NCBI RefSeq assembly: GCF_004010195.1 | Contig: NC_057711.1 | Location: 73,013,470 to 73,036,197 of the forward strand | Direction: 5' to 3' | DNA: 22,728 nucleotides | Source: Chiloscyllium plagiosum | Taxonomy: Eukaryota | In this document: positions 21,929 to 22,728 of the stretch, piece by piece | Numbering within the stretch: position 1 is the stretch's first letter | Layout: each line of letters opens with the position of its first letter | Position numbers and translations under genes: made by a program | The notes under the pieces: generated by a model | Databases searched by the model: none | What the model was told of the DNA's origin: nothing | Seen by the model: the letters and a program-made list of their open reading frames with translations, nothing else

Positions 21929-22728
21929 ATGACTAAAGGGAAGGGAGCCCGCAGCTCTCAGCAAGCAGGAACCCCTCCCCCACACTCTCCAGCTGCAGCA
22001 GAGGCGTCCACAGCCGCCCCGGGGGACTTACCAACAGTAACAAGCCTTGCAGAAATGCTTTCCAAGCTTGACTCGAAGATCGATGCCTTTATCGTCGAAT
22101 CCAGAAATCGTTGGGAGTCGCTCTCGGCCGCGCTGAAGAAGCACGACCGTGAAATTGAAGAAATTCAACGCCGAGTCGGAGAGGCGGAGCTAAAGGCCGC
22201 GACCTCAGAGACAACCGCTCAATCGGCCGTGGATCAGGTCCGGACTCTCGAGCAGCGAGTCCGGACCTTGGAAAATCATATTGACAACCTCGATAATCGA
22301 GGTCGCCGAAAAAATATTCGTTTGCTGGGCCTTCCCGAGCAGGAAGAGGAAGGCCAGCTTACAGCATTCCTGGAGCAGTGGCTGCCACAACTTTTAAATC
22401 TGCAAGCTGGACCAGGCCAGGTAAGGGTGGAATGGGCCTACCGGGTAGCAATACGCGGGCCCGGCTCGAACCAGCGCCCACGCCCGGTCCTGTTCCGGCT
22501 GCAGAGCTACAGGGAGAGGCAGATACTCCTAGAAGCCTCTAGAAATCTCGGAAAAGACCCCCAAGCTATGATCCACAAAGGATCCAAGATCATGCTATTT
22601 CAGGACTCTTCCCCGGCTCTGGTTCGAAAGAGGAAAGCATTCGACGAGGCGAAGAAGCGTTTAAGAGACTTACATGTTCAGTACTCCTTACGCTACCCAG
22701 CGATGTTACACTTTAACCATGAAGGATC
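21929..22728 (+). CDS. LINE-1 ORF1p (Transposase_22-type RNA-binding protein), 3'-incomplete
   Basis: Manual translation gives 266 codons with no stop: MTKGKGARSSQ..., a coiled coil (...VRTLEQRVRTLENHIDNL), then DNRGRRKNIRLLGLPE, VEWAYRV, RPRPVLFRL, IMLFQDSS, RKRKAF and LRYPAML, all hallmark L1 ORF1p motifs. Confidence 0.93.
   Translation, partial: MTKGKGARSSQQAGTPPPHSPAAAEASTAAPGDLPTVTSLAEMLSKLDSKIDAFIVESRNRWESLSAALKKHDREIEEIQRRVGEAELKAATSETTAQSAVDQVRTLEQRVRTLENHIDNLDNRGRRKNIRLLGLPEQEEEGQLTAFLEQWLPQLLNLQAGPGQVRVEWAYRVAIRGPGSNQRPRPVLFRLQSYRERQILLEASRNLGKDPQAMIHKGSKIMLFQDSSPALVRKRKAFDEAKKRLRDLHVQYSLRYPAMLHFNHEG

Larger units (their letters stand above)
21747..22728 (+). mobile_element. 5' end of a young LINE-1 (about 180-nt 5'UTR plus ORF1), running off the window
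   Basis: Starts ggggatccaagatggtggc, similar to the L1 5' terminus with a YY1-like CAAGATGG. The following ORF1 region is GC- and CpG-rich and uninterrupted. Confidence 0.9.

Noticed and set aside
22205..22390. Antisense ORF inside the L1 (ORF0-like?)
   Set aside because: It lies within ORF1 rather than the 5'UTR and is short. Antisense open frames are expected in GC-rich coding DNA.
1..22728. CRISPR array, prokaryotic operon or defence system
   Set aside because: No regularly spaced repeats and no gene-dense coding; the sequence is vertebrate repeat-rich non-coding DNA.

Overview
AT-rich, CpG-depleted vertebrate non-coding DNA (gene desert or large intron). I found no recognisable host protein-coding gene. 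The repeat content (an HE1-like V-SINE, HER1/CR1 LINEs, SacSINE1/DeuSINE-like pieces and Penelope-like pLTR fragments) points to a cartilaginous fish, probably a shark. That assignment is an inference from recalled repeat consensus sequences, not from a search. Main content: (i) five short fold-back (head-to-head inverted) insertions from two Penelope-like families, carrying minimal hammerhead-ribozyme motifs near the hairpin centre, three of them with clear 14-17 bp target-site duplications; (ii) two long degraded CR1 LINEs with nested younger insertions; (iii) the 5' end of a young LINE-1 whose intact ORF1 runs off the window end and is absent from the ORF track; (iv) repeat-poor stretches with candidate regulatory structures, including a hairpin with ACTAAC in its loop flanked by two TGCATG motifs. 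Most listed ORFs are spurious or transposon-derived. Boundaries of old repeats are approximate.
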